NCBI GenBank assembly: GCA_040755995.1
Contig: JBFMAF010000031.1
Location: forward strand, 64,001 to 128,000
Origin: Acidobacteriota bacterium
Lineage (GTDB): Bacteria > Acidobacteriota > CAIWXX01
DNA: 64,000 nt
Direction: 5' to 3'
The position numbers and the translations under genes were made by a program. Positions 31,771-40,786 of the stretch are shown piece after piece. The number at the start of each line of letters is the position of its first letter. The stretch's first letter is position 1. The notes under the pieces are model-generated. The model saw only the letters and a program-made list of their open reading frames with translations, did no database searches and was not told the origin of the DNA.

Positions 31771-34700
31771 CTACGGGCCGGCGTGTCTTTTCAGCGGCAG
31801 CGGCCGGGCGGCGTCGGTGACGGCGTCGATCTTCACCGCATAGCTCGTCTTCTGCGCGATGTCTTCATCCCTGACGATGTGAATGTCGAGGAGGCCGCCG
31901 GTGCGGTACCCTGTTCTGATGTGGTTCATCTCGTCGAGGCAGAGACTCCACCCGTCGAACCAGATCGTGAGCTCGCGCAGCTGCTGTTCGGTTCCGCCGA
32001 AGTGGACGAGCAGATCTATGTCGCTCTGCGGGCCCGCCGTCGCGTTCTTGGTGCTCCCGATCAGATACAGCCCCTTGACGCCGAAGCGCTCGGGATCGAG
32101 CTGGGAGGCGATGTGTTCCGCCATCTTGAGGCGCCACGCCCAGAAGTTTTCCGGCTGCCTGTCCGCGTTCTCTCTCAGGGTCGCGGGGCTTTCGAGGCGC
32201 GACGGCTCGCGGACGAGGTATCCGACTGCCTCATCGAGATCCGCGTTCATGAGCACGCGCAGCAGATGACCCTCCGAGCTCTTCGGTACATCGATCACCT
32301 TGACAACCTGCGCGAGGTGAGCGAACTCGGGGAGGAGCTCCGGCAGCACGTTGGTTGCACGCTGGAAGAACGCGTCGTTGAAGACGACTCCAGTGTCATC
32401 CGGGTAGAGCGGCAGGTAGCGAATCCGGGCCTCGACCAGGTCCTGGAAGAAGTGCGTGCCGAAGGACAGATCCGGAATGTAGTTGCCCTTCTGGCGCGCC
32501 ACCTCGATCAGGATCGCCGTGTTCGTGATGTCGGCGTAGGAGACCTTGACGCCGAGCTTGATGTCGCCACGGCTGCCCCATCTGCCCGGACCCATCAGGA
32601 TGAAACGGCGGCTCGGAAGCAGCTTGTTGAGCTTGCCGATAGCCCGCGCGACTGAAAGCAGGTCGGCCCGGTCGGCCAGTTGATCGTAGCTCTGGGGGTC
32701 GACATAGACAATGTGACTGATATCGGGAATACGCCCATTCGAAACGTACCGGCTCGCGGTGAATACGATCTTCTCCTTCGGGATGTCGTGAGGGATCGGC
32801 GCCGGCGCGGAATCCTCGAGGTAGCTCTGGGGGCGGCATTGCAAGAGGTAAAAGGCGCTTCCGTCGGAAGCGAATTCGATGTCCACGGGCGTCCCAAGCT
32901 GCTTCTCGAGCAGCTCCAGAAGTGCCTTGATCTTGGCCACGAACGGGGTTCCGGTGACAAGTCCTTCGAATGTCACCACCAGGTCTTCATTCTCGAAATC
33001 GATACCTGTCGGAAGAGGCTTGCGCATGTGGTAGCCGTCGAAGACGGATACGATCTTGTCGACCGCCGGGTACTTCTCACCATACCTTCTCAGCAGATCC
33101 CTGACTTCGATAGTCTCGAACCGGTTGGTTCTGAGATTGATCACGTCGATTCTCTTCGGAGCGTAACGCGCGACCTCATCGGGAGTCACATTGACCCGGA
33201 AGCCTATCTGTCCGGGGGCGAGCAACACCGGGAAGTCATCGCTCACTCTGTCGACCGCCCTGGTGCCCAACCCCGGGACGAGTCTCAGGAGCCCGTCCTG
33301 CTGGCGGATTCGAGGGGACCACCGGAACTCGTTTCGGCTGAAGGCGACGCCGGCGTAGGCAGGCATGAAGTAATCGCCGATGCGCGAGCCGACGACTTCC
33401 TGAACCATGATCCCCATCTCTTCGGCGAAATCGACGAGTCCGCGTTCGTGCCTGTAGCTGATCGGGTCGGGGCCGAACGTGGACGCGTAGACCTCCGCGA
33501 TGGCGTCGATCAGCGCATCGAGCCGTTCCTGTTTGCTCCCCTGGTTCGCCAGGAAGAGACTCTTGTATTTCCCCGAGAAGGACGACCCCATGCGGTCCTC
33601 GAGCAGACTGGAGCTCCGTACGATGAGAGGCAGATCCTTGAACTCGTCGAGGACCATGGAGAGCCCCTGGACCAGCTCGGTGGGCAGCGGACTGTTCTTG
33701 AATGACTGCACGATGTGCGGATACTCCAGCCGCACCTGGTGGATGTCCTTGTACTTCTGCTCGACCACCTCATTCAGGTTGTTGTAGGTGAGGAAATTGA
33801 GCAGCTCGTCGGTGGCGATGTACCATGTCCGCGGCACCTTGATGTCCGCCAGGTGCGAATGCTCGCCGGAGGCACTCTCGACGACCCGCTGCGCCAGGAA
33901 CAGGCCGCTCCCCTTGCCCCCAAGCCTGCCCTGGCTCTCCGGCGAGAAGACCAGGTGATTGAGGATCTCGTAGAAATCCTCGATCTCGATGAACTCCTTC
34001 GCCGTTCGCAGATACTGGGGCTGGCTCGACAGAAACCGCCGGATCAGCGACACCTGGACCCCCCGCCTGCTCGGCGGCGGAAGCTCCACACCCTCCGATG
34101 CGATGAGACGATAGCGCCGCAGTGCCTCGATGATGCGGACCAGAGGGAGGTTCTTGTTAATGACCTGGACGAGGAAGCTCAGCCGGTCTTCCTGTATCCA
34201 GCTCTGTATGTTGGAAAGTATCTGCTCCTCGGAAAGATGCTTCGCCGCGATGCGGAAAACCTCGTCGCTCAGCCTCTCCGTGAACGGCTGCGGGCTTTTC
34301 TGGTACGGCCGGTTGTCTTCCAACACAAGGCTCTCGTCGCGTGGGCCGGAGCCCGACGTGGACCTCTGCAGCAGCGTCTCGGCCTCCTCGGTCCCGCTCC
34401 AGCAGAGGAAGTTCAGCATGCGCCGGGATATGTTGAGGAAGAGGTTGCGGTCCGTCTGGCGCAACAGGTTCAGCGCTACACGCCACTCTTCGATTCTATG
34501 CTCCGCGACTCCGCTCCTCGCCGTCTGGAACACATGCTTCATGCGGTGGTACATGATGTAGTGGCCGAGCCGGTCCGCGATGGTATTCAGAAGCTTGGTT
34601 TCTTCCTTCAGGAACGGCCCGTGGTCGGCCTTCGGCATCTCTCTGGTGTAGTACACGCTTATTCGACCGACGGCCTTCTCCTGCAGCGTGACATCCGCGT

Positions 34701-34950
34701 ATTGGACCCACGGCGTTTCCTGGAAGCCCGGGGATGCGTGCGAGTACTCCTCGATTTCGACTCTGGCCACACAGACGTCAGGGTACTGCCATCCGGGTGG
34801 AATCGCATCTACTGTGCCGGCGCAGATCTCACCGAAGTCGGCGTCGGGTTTGCTGAGGAGCTCCTCGATCCTGTACAGACAGTTGAGCTCCTTGGCCCTC
34901 TCCGAGAGGAACCAGATCAGCTCCTTTGTCGTCTTCTCCTGGCTAGTCAT
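31771..34950 (-). CDS. GAF-like + PEP-synthase-N-type ATP-grasp + C-terminal nucleotidyltransferase fusion protein
   Basis: ERAKELNCLY...IPPGWQYP...GPFL.EE sensor; LGGKG, PLIVRSSSLLED, FSGKY.S, VDIEFA, LLQCRP; C-terminal YLIGSTKNATAGPQSDIDL (GS...DxD). Confidence 0.85.
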   Translation of the reverse strand: MTSQEKTTKELIWFLSERAKELNCLYRIEELLSKPDADFGEICAGTVDAIPPGWQYPDVCVARVEIEEYSHASPGFQETPWVQYADVTLQEKAVGRISVYYTREMPKADHGPFLKEETKLLNTIADRLGHYIMYHRMKHVFQTARSGVAEHRIEEWRVALNLLRQTDRNLFLNISRRMLNFLCWSGTEEAETLLQRSTSGSGPRDESLVLEDNRPYQKSPQPFTERLSDEVFRIAAKHLSEEQILSNIQSWIQEDRLSFLVQVINKNLPLVRIIEALRRYRLIASEGVELPPPSRRGVQVSLIRRFLSSQPQYLRTAKEFIEIEDFYEILNHLVFSPESQGRLGGKGSGLFLAQRVVESASGEHSHLADIKVPRTWYIATDELLNFLTYNNLNEVVEQKYKDIHQVRLEYPHIVQSFKNSPLPTELVQGLSMVLDEFKDLPLIVRSSSLLEDRMGSSFSGKYKSLFLANQGSKQERLDALIDAIAEVYASTFGPDPISYRHERGLVDFAEEMGIMVQEVVGSRIGDYFMPAYAGVAFSRNEFRWSPRIRQQDGLLRLVPGLGTRAVDRVSDDFPVLLAPGQIGFRVNVTPDEVARYAPKRIDVINLRTNRFETIEVRDLLRRYGEKYPAVDKIVSVFDGYHMRKPLPTGIDFENEDLVVTFEGLVTGTPFVAKIKALLELLEKQLGTPVDIEFASDGSAFYLLQCRPQSYLEDSAPAPIPHDIPKEKIVFTASRYVSNGRIPDISHIVYVDPQSYDQLADRADLLSVARAIGKLNKLLPSRRFILMGPGRWGSRGDIKLGVKVSYADITNTAILIEVARQKGNYIPDLSFGTHFFQDLVEARIRYLPLYPDDTGVVFNDAFFQRATNVLPELLPEFAHLAQVVKVIDVPKSSEGHLLRVLMNADLDEAVGYLVREPSRLESPATLRENADRQPENFWAWRLKMAEHIASQLDPERFGVKGLYLIGSTKNATAGPQSDIDLLVHFGGTEQQLRELTIWFDGWSLCLDEMNHIRTGYRTGGLLDIHIVRDEDIAQKTSYAVKIDAVTDAARPLPLKRHAGP

Positions 34951-36703
34951 GGGTGATGACTCCAAATCCTCTCCGCCCGTCGACCCGCACTTCCAGCGGC
35001 GACGGCAAGCGCACATGGCATGTCCATCCAGTCTCCTCCACAACCTCTTGCCGGCGCAGCCATTCCCAATCGATCCGGTATTGGCCCTCATGCGGAACGG
35101 AGAAATACAGGACCTGGAAGCTGGTGATATTGTGGAAGAAATGCGAGCCCTGGCTGAGCAGGAAGTTCATCTGCGGCAGCATCGACTCGACTATCACCTT
35201 GGCTCCCGAGATCTGTCCGAAATTGACCGGTATCCCGGCCGACGGGTCGGAGGTCCCCCAGCGCCCGAAACCGATGAGTACGTACGGCGCGCGTGCCGAG
35301 ATGAGTCGTCGATTCATGACCTCCAGCTCTTCGGCTATCTCGTGGGTCGCTCCCGGTACGAACGACTCCGGTTTCACGTAGATGACGTCGCGGATGGTGT
35401 CGATCCTGCCGTTTCCCATCGCAGACTGTGATGCGACCAGCGCGCGGCTTCCCGAGAGCTCGTCCGCCGTCACGTCCACTGTGCCCTGCGACACCACCAT
35501 CGGGCGGACCTGGAGGAATCCGAACCTGGCCGGCGTCCCGCGGTCGTTGTCCAGCGTCACCGCGAACTCGATCTCGACCATGCTGCCGAGGGTTTCTCCG
35601 CAGGAGCGCAGGAGAGCCTTGAGCAGCTCGTTCAAGGGGATCTCATCCAGCTTCAGGATCGGCGCGAAGTTGACCAGCCTGGCGCCACGCTCGGCAATGC
35701 CGATCACCAGCCGCTCGTCGTGCGGCCTGTAGGTCGACGCAATAAACGTCAAGCTCCCATCCTGCTCGGCATCATCGAGATGATACCTCATCATGTACTC
35801 GACTTCCTTGACGGGATCGTACACGGGGGGCGGGCCCATGTTGATCCCCCAGAAGTCCCTCTGGCTCTGCTCGAGAAGTTCGTCCAGGGTGTTGTACGGA
35901 GGGTTCGACTGCGGGTAGGCGGGGGAGTACGTCCACGCCGTCCCGTCGTCAACGATCATCTTGCCGAGGCCCAGCGCAAGGTCGATGACCCCGTCTTCCG
36001 GCTTCGCGTGCCCGAGCGGGTAGAAGTTGTAGCTCCGCGCGACCCCGGAGATGTGCGGATAGAAGCGTTCCTCATGCCGGCACCCGACGACCTCCTGGAC
36101 GATCACAGCCATCTTGTCGCCCGTATCTCCGTGCCTGGTCGCCTGTAGGTAGTTCCGGGCGCCTTTGAAGTACGTAGACGCGTACACGTACTTGACCGCC
36201 TCTATCAACCGGCGGAAACGAATATCCGTGTCGTGCTGGTTGTTCGGGATCATCTTGGTCTTGTAGACGCTTGCGAAGGGCTCGAACATGGCGTCTTCGA
36301 GCATGCTGGATGAGCGGACCGCGAGCGGAGTGTGGACCTGCGCGATCAGAGCGCGGAGATCACCAACTAGCTGCGCGGGAAGGGCGGCTCTCTGGAATGC
36401 GAGCGCCTTCTGGTCGTCGCGCAGATCCGAGCCCGCAACATCGAAGAGATCGTTTTGCTTCATGAAGAGATCGAAGAAATCGGTGCCGATGACCGTGAGG
36501 GTAGGGATGTTGACGATCATCCGAGGCTCGAACAGCGGCGCGATTCGCTTCTCCAACAGATCCTTCATCCTCGCCAGCCCCTGCGCCTTGCCCCCGATCG
36601 AACCGCCGCCGATGCGCGTGAACCTCTCCCGCCCAGTGAAGAACTGCCGATCAAAGGCCTGAAGCGTAGGGCTCTGACTGACGATTCTATTTCCGCCGTT
36701 CAT
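34943..36703 (-). CDS. PEP-synthase/PPDK N-terminal-type ATP-grasp protein
   Basis: IGGKAQGL, PLAVRSSSMLED, MAVIVQEVVG, VEIEFAV, FLQVRP, GRWGT, GSHFF. 8 bp overlap with the downstream gene. Confidence 0.85.
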   Translation of the reverse strand: MNGGNRIVSQSPTLQAFDRQFFTGRERFTRIGGGSIGGKAQGLARMKDLLEKRIAPLFEPRMIVNIPTLTVIGTDFFDLFMKQNDLFDVAGSDLRDDQKALAFQRAALPAQLVGDLRALIAQVHTPLAVRSSSMLEDAMFEPFASVYKTKMIPNNQHDTDIRFRRLIEAVKYVYASTYFKGARNYLQATRHGDTGDKMAVIVQEVVGCRHEERFYPHISGVARSYNFYPLGHAKPEDGVIDLALGLGKMIVDDGTAWTYSPAYPQSNPPYNTLDELLEQSQRDFWGINMGPPPVYDPVKEVEYMMRYHLDDAEQDGSLTFIASTYRPHDERLVIGIAERGARLVNFAPILKLDEIPLNELLKALLRSCGETLGSMVEIEFAVTLDNDRGTPARFGFLQVRPMVVSQGTVDVTADELSGSRALVASQSAMGNGRIDTIRDVIYVKPESFVPGATHEIAEELEVMNRRLISARAPYVLIGFGRWGTSDPSAGIPVNFGQISGAKVIVESMLPQMNFLLSQGSHFFHNITSFQVLYFSVPHEGQYRIDWEWLRRQEVVEETGWTCHVRLPSPLEVRVDGRRGFGVITHD

Positions 36704-36745
36704 GGTGAATCGTCCGACTCCGCTTCGGACTCTCCTGGAAAACCC

Positions 36746-36843
36746 CCGTCAGTTCGCATGTCTGATTCCGCACTCCGCACTCCGCATTCGGCAAGCCACC
36801 GTCAGGTCGCAGGTCTGATTCCGCACTCCGCATTCCGCATTCG
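36746..36843. repeat. Tandem 45-bp direct repeat containing TCCGCAY heptamers
   Basis: Copies at 36746-36790 and 36799-36843, 42/45 identical by manual comparison. Confidence 0.85.
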
Positions 36844-36845
36844 CC

Positions 36846-38132
36846 TCACACCCACCCTCGCTCGCGACATGCCTGGGCGACACGGGAAACGGCGATAACA
36901 TTGGCTGCGTCCCGCATGTACAGGCCCTTCTTCTTTGCCAGCTCACGGACCGCATGAAAGGCCGACGTTATCTTCAGATCGAGCTTGCCGAACACTTCAT
37001 CCTGTTCCCAGAAGTAGTTCGCGTTGCCCTGCACCTGCTCGAAGTAGCTGCAGATGACGCCGCCGGAATTGGCGAGGATGTCCGGGATCAGGAACAGACC
37101 CCGATCGTGGATGACTCGATCGGCCTCGGGAGTAGTCGGGCCGTTGGCCCCCTCGATGATCAACTTCACCCTGCTGGACATGCGTCCCACGTTGTCAGCG
37201 GTGATCTGCTGCTCGATGGCCGCAGGAATGAGAATGTCGGCGTCCTGTTCGATCCATTGCTCCCCCGCCAGCACTTCGTAGCCCAGACCAGCCGCTTTCG
37301 CCCTGTCGATGCCGCCGAAGCGGTCGGTGATACCGGCCAGCTCGTCGTAGTCGATTCCTTCGGGCTTCCGGAACGCGTATGAGGTCTGGTCGCTCTGGTC
37401 CCAGCAAGAAACGCAGACCACCTTGCCCCCGATCTGCTGGTAGAGACGAACGGCGTGCTGGGCGACGTGACCGAATCCCTGAACGCTAGCCGCCGTCGAC
37501 TCGGGGGCAAGGCCGAGCTCCTTGAGGGCCTCGCGCGCGGCGAAGACGACGCCGAAGCCAGCGGCTTCGCGCCGCCCCTGCGACCCGCCGAGGCTCACGG
37601 GCTTACCCGTGATGAATCCGGGGCGCTTCTCGCCCTGAATCGTCTCGAACTCGTCGAGCATCCACAGCATGTACTGGGGACTGGTCATGAGATCTGGTGC
37701 CGCGACGTCGATGGAAGGGCCCAGATCCCTTGAAAGGCGACGCACCCATCCCCGGCAGACCCGCTCCTGCTCCCACAGCGACAGGTTATGCGGGTCGCAA
37801 ACGACACCGCCATTGCTGCCGCCCAAAGGAATGTCCACCAGCGCACATTCCCAGGTCATCCACATGGCCATGGCCCGGACGGTGTCGAGGGTCTCCTGCG
37901 GGTGGAATCGGATACCGCCCTTGGCGGGGCCCCTTGAGTCGTTGTGGACAACGCGAAATCCCCTGAAGATTCGTGGGCGGCCGTCGTCCATGCGCACCGG
38001 GATCGTGAACTGGTGCTCTCGCACGGGAGTGCGGAGCATCTCGCGGGTCACCTCATCTAGTCCAAGCAAGTCCAGCGTCTTGTCGAGCTGCGATTGGGCC
38101 ATGTCAAATGGCGTGGATGTCCTGGCGGCCAT
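36846..38132 (-). CDS. Glu/Leu/Phe/Val dehydrogenase homologue with substituted catalytic lysines
   Basis: GPAKGGIRFHP, APD, TGKP, EGANGP, PDILANSGGV present, but MTWEC (family MTWKC) and GGSNGG (family GGGKGG). GAAAGG RBS. Confidence 0.88.
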   Translation of the reverse strand: MAARTSTPFDMAQSQLDKTLDLLGLDEVTREMLRTPVREHQFTIPVRMDDGRPRIFRGFRVVHNDSRGPAKGGIRFHPQETLDTVRAMAMWMTWECALVDIPLGGSNGGVVCDPHNLSLWEQERVCRGWVRRLSRDLGPSIDVAAPDLMTSPQYMLWMLDEFETIQGEKRPGFITGKPVSLGGSQGRREAAGFGVVFAAREALKELGLAPESTAASVQGFGHVAQHAVRLYQQIGGKVVCVSCWDQSDQTSYAFRKPEGIDYDELAGITDRFGGIDRAKAAGLGYEVLAGEQWIEQDADILIPAAIEQQITADNVGRMSSRVKLIIEGANGPTTPEADRVIHDRGLFLIPDILANSGGVICSYFEQVQGNANYFWEQDEVFGKLDLKITSAFHAVRELAKKKGLYMRDAANVIAVSRVAQACRERGWV

Positions 38133-38179
38133 TCGTATTTTCCTTTCAAAGAATCTCGCGGGCGATCGACCGCTTTCGC

Positions 38180-38231
38180 GAACACGACCTGTCGTGTTCC
38201 AGACGATAGCGCCAGCCCCTGCAATTGTCAA
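38180..38231 (-). promoter_or_regulatory. Promoter of the GDH paralogue with a perfect palindromic operator candidate
   Basis: Minus strand TTGACA (38231-38226) -17 bp- TATCGT. GAACACGAC-CT-GTCGTGTTC at 38180-38199. Confidence 0.6.
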
Positions 38232-38397
38232 AGAAAAGATGGCCTCGGGAGTCTTGGTTTTTTATCAGAAGCCAAACGAAAACCAAATAATTTCCAAACA
38301 AAACTCGCGTATGTATGCGGATTGTCCTTATGAAGGGGCTTGCGCGCGTAGTGATTCGATCCACATTCCTCATTTACAAATCCTAAGGAGTGATTGC

Positions 38398-39759
38398 ATG
38401 AACAGTTTCGTCTCCGATTTCATGGCCGCGGTGAAAGCCAAGAACCCGGCCGAACCCGAGTTCCACCAGGCTGTATTCGAAGTCGTCAGCTCAGTGGCAC
38501 TCGTGATCGAGAAGAACCCCGAGTACCGCAAGGCGAAGATCATGGAACGCATCGCCGAGCCGGAGCGCGTGATCATGTTCCGCGTTCCCTGGATGGACGA
38601 CGCCGGCGAGATCCATGTCAACCGTGGCTACCGCATCGAAATGAGCAGCGCCATCGGGCCGTACAAGGGCGGGCTGCGCTTCCACCCGACAGTGACGTTG
38701 GGCATCCTGAAGTTCCTGGCATACGAGCAGGTCTTCAAGAACAGCCTGACGGGACTCCCGATGGGTGGCGGAAAAGGAGGCTGCGATTTTGACCCTAAGG
38801 GCAAGAGCGACTACGAAGTGATGCGCCTCTGCCAGAGCTTCATGAATGAGCTCTTCAGACACATCGGGCCCGATACGGACGTGCCCGCGGGAGACATCGG
38901 CGTGGGAGGGCGAGAGATAGGGTACCTGTTCGGCCAGTACAAGAAGCTCCGCAACGAGTTCACCGGCGTCCTCACCGGCAAGGGCCTGGATTGGGGCGGC
39001 TCGCTAATCCGCCCGGAAGCCACAGGCTACGGCGCCACCTACTTCGCAGCAGAGATGCTCGGCACGCGAAACCAGACTCTGCAGGGCAAGACCTGCCTCG
39101 TGTCCGGAAGCGGCAACGTCGCCCAATACACGGTCGAGAAGATCAACCAGCTCGGCGGAAGAGCTGTGACACTCTCTGATTCGAACGGCTATATCTACGA
39201 TCCGGAGGGAATCGACGCCAAGAAGCTCGAGTTCGTCATGGATCTCAAGAACATCCGGCGCGGCAGAATCAAGGAGTATACCGACAAGTACAAGAGCGCC
39301 ACGTTCATCCCGCTGAAGCCGGGCCTGGACTACAACCCGCTCTGGGACCACAAGGCGGACTGTGCCTTCCCCAGCGCGACGCAGAACGAGATCAACGGGA
39401 AGGACGCCGAACACCTGGTCAAGAACGGCGTCTACGTCGTCGCCGAAGGCGCCAACATGCCGACGACACCTGAGGGCATCGAGGTTTTCCTGAATGCCAA
39501 GATCCTCTACGGGCCGGGCAAGGCCGCCAACGCCGGCGGTGTAGCCACCTCCGGTCTCGAAATGTCCCAGAACAGCCTGCGCCTGAGCTGGACTCGCGAA
39601 GAGGTTGACAGCCGGTTGCACCAGATAATGAAGAACATCCACAAGACCTGTGTGGAGGCCGCCGCCGCCTATGGCACGCCAGGCAACTACGTCAACGGGG
39701 CCAACATCGGTGGGTTCCTCAAGGTCGCCAGGGCCATGATGGACCAGGGCCTCGTCTAG
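38398..39759 (+). CDS. gdhA: NADP-specific glutamate dehydrogenase
   Basis: EPEFHQAV, GPYKGGLRFHP, EQVFKNSL, GGGKGG, DVPAGDIG, RPEATGYG, SGSGNVA. AAGGAG RBS. Confidence 0.96.
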   Translation: MNSFVSDFMAAVKAKNPAEPEFHQAVFEVVSSVALVIEKNPEYRKAKIMERIAEPERVIMFRVPWMDDAGEIHVNRGYRIEMSSAIGPYKGGLRFHPTVTLGILKFLAYEQVFKNSLTGLPMGGGKGGCDFDPKGKSDYEVMRLCQSFMNELFRHIGPDTDVPAGDIGVGGREIGYLFGQYKKLRNEFTGVLTGKGLDWGGSLIRPEATGYGATYFAAEMLGTRNQTLQGKTCLVSGSGNVAQYTVEKINQLGGRAVTLSDSNGYIYDPEGIDAKKLEFVMDLKNIRRGRIKEYTDKYKSATFIPLKPGLDYNPLWDHKADCAFPSATQNEINGKDAEHLVKNGVYVVAEGANMPTTPEGIEVFLNAKILYGPGKAANAGGVATSGLEMSQNSLRLSWTREEVDSRLHQIMKNIHKTCVEAAAAYGTPGNYVNGANIGGFLKVARAMMDQGLV

Positions 39760-39784
39760 GACCGAGACGCGATCGTAGTCACCT

Positions 39785-39836
39785 GGGCCTCTCGCGGCGC
39801 CCCGGAACCGGCGCGCTGCGAGAGGCCCTTTCTCTT
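39785..39836 (+). terminator. Intrinsic terminator after gdhA
   Basis: GGGCCTCTCGC...GCGAGAGGCCC followed by TTTCTCTT. Confidence 0.75.
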
Positions 39837-40002
39837 GACGCGGGGACTAACTCCTGGATACTCCCGCCCTGGCCCCGGCACGTTCGATTGCGCCGGCGCT
39901 GACCCGAGCTCGGGGATGATGCGTCCCACGCTTGAGAACACACCTGCATTCGGCGTACAATCGACGCCTGAACTCGATGAGGATTGAGAAAGGAGAAAAG
40001 GA

Positions 40003-40593
40003 ATGAGACTCGTGTCCACGGTGTTCTTGATGTTGTTTGCCGTTCAGCTCGTCGCTGCGCAGGAGCCCAAGCCGGCGCAAAGTCCGGAAGAGGCTGCCAT
40101 GATGCAGGCCTGGATGCAGTTCGCAACCCCGGGCGAGCCCCACAAGAAGATGCAGCAAATGGTCGGCGTGTGGGACAGCACCATAAAGATGTACATGGAC
40201 CCCGGCGCGCCGACCGAAAGCAAAGGGACATCCACGTACACCTCGCTCATGGATGGGCGGTATGTCCAGGAGGTGGCTGAGGGCGTGTTCAACGGGATGC
40301 CATTCCACGGCCTCGGGATCTACGGGTACGACAACTTGAAGAAGAAGTACGTTTCGTTATGGATCGACAACATGGGGACCGGGTTGATGGTCGGAACCGG
40401 CGAGAGCCCGGACCAGGGAAAGACCGTGAACTGGACTGCCACTTCCTCCGACCCGATGCTCGGGAAAGAGTCCACTTACCACAGCGTGGTGAAGGAGATC
40501 ACCGCGGACCAGTTCACATTCGAGATGTCCGGGCCCGGTCCGGATGGAAAAGAGATGAAGATGATGGAGATGACCTACACGCGCAGGAAGTAG
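40003..40593 (+). CDS. DUF1579-like exported protein
   Basis: Signal peptide, ATPGEPHK....VG.W, G..GYDN..KKY...WIDNMGT, ME.TYTR motifs. Confidence 0.85.
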   Translation: MRLVSTVFLMLFAVQLVAAQEPKPAQSPEEAAMMQAWMQFATPGEPHKKMQQMVGVWDSTIKMYMDPGAPTESKGTSTYTSLMDGRYVQEVAEGVFNGMPFHGLGIYGYDNLKKKYVSLWIDNMGTGLMVGTGESPDQGKTVNWTATSSDPMLGKESTYHSVVKEITADQFTFEMSGPGPDGKEMKMMEMTYTRRK

Positions 40594-40786
40594 GCCTCTC
40601 CATCAGGAACGGGAGGGCGTCCGCGCGCGCCCTCCCAGCTCCGGCTCTTCGCCGCATCGAGACGCGCGATCGCGGCGGATCAATAAGACCGTCGGCTCGA
40701 TATTCGCCGGCCTCCGCCTTCTCCCGGCTATCGGAAACCGGGGAGCAACAGGGCTTCAGTCCACCAAGTGCGTGGGGCCGTCAGGC

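Noticed and set aside
31771..36703. Annotation as phosphoenolpyruvate synthase (ppsA/ppdK)
   Set aside because: No recognisable phospho-His swivel motif or PEP-binding barrel; only the nucleotide-binding part is present.
36746..36843. CRISPR array
   Set aside because: Only two units with an 8-bp gap and no cas genes; no CRISPR array was seen anywhere in the window.
37669..38397. 243-aa N-terminal extension of gdhA in the ORF track
   Set aside because: Overlaps the opposite-strand GDH paralogue; the likely start is ATG 38398, which has an AAGGAG RBS.
40611..40636. GGGAGGGCG/CGCCCTCCC hairpin as an intrinsic terminator
   Set aside because: No U-tract on either strand, so it cannot be called confidently.
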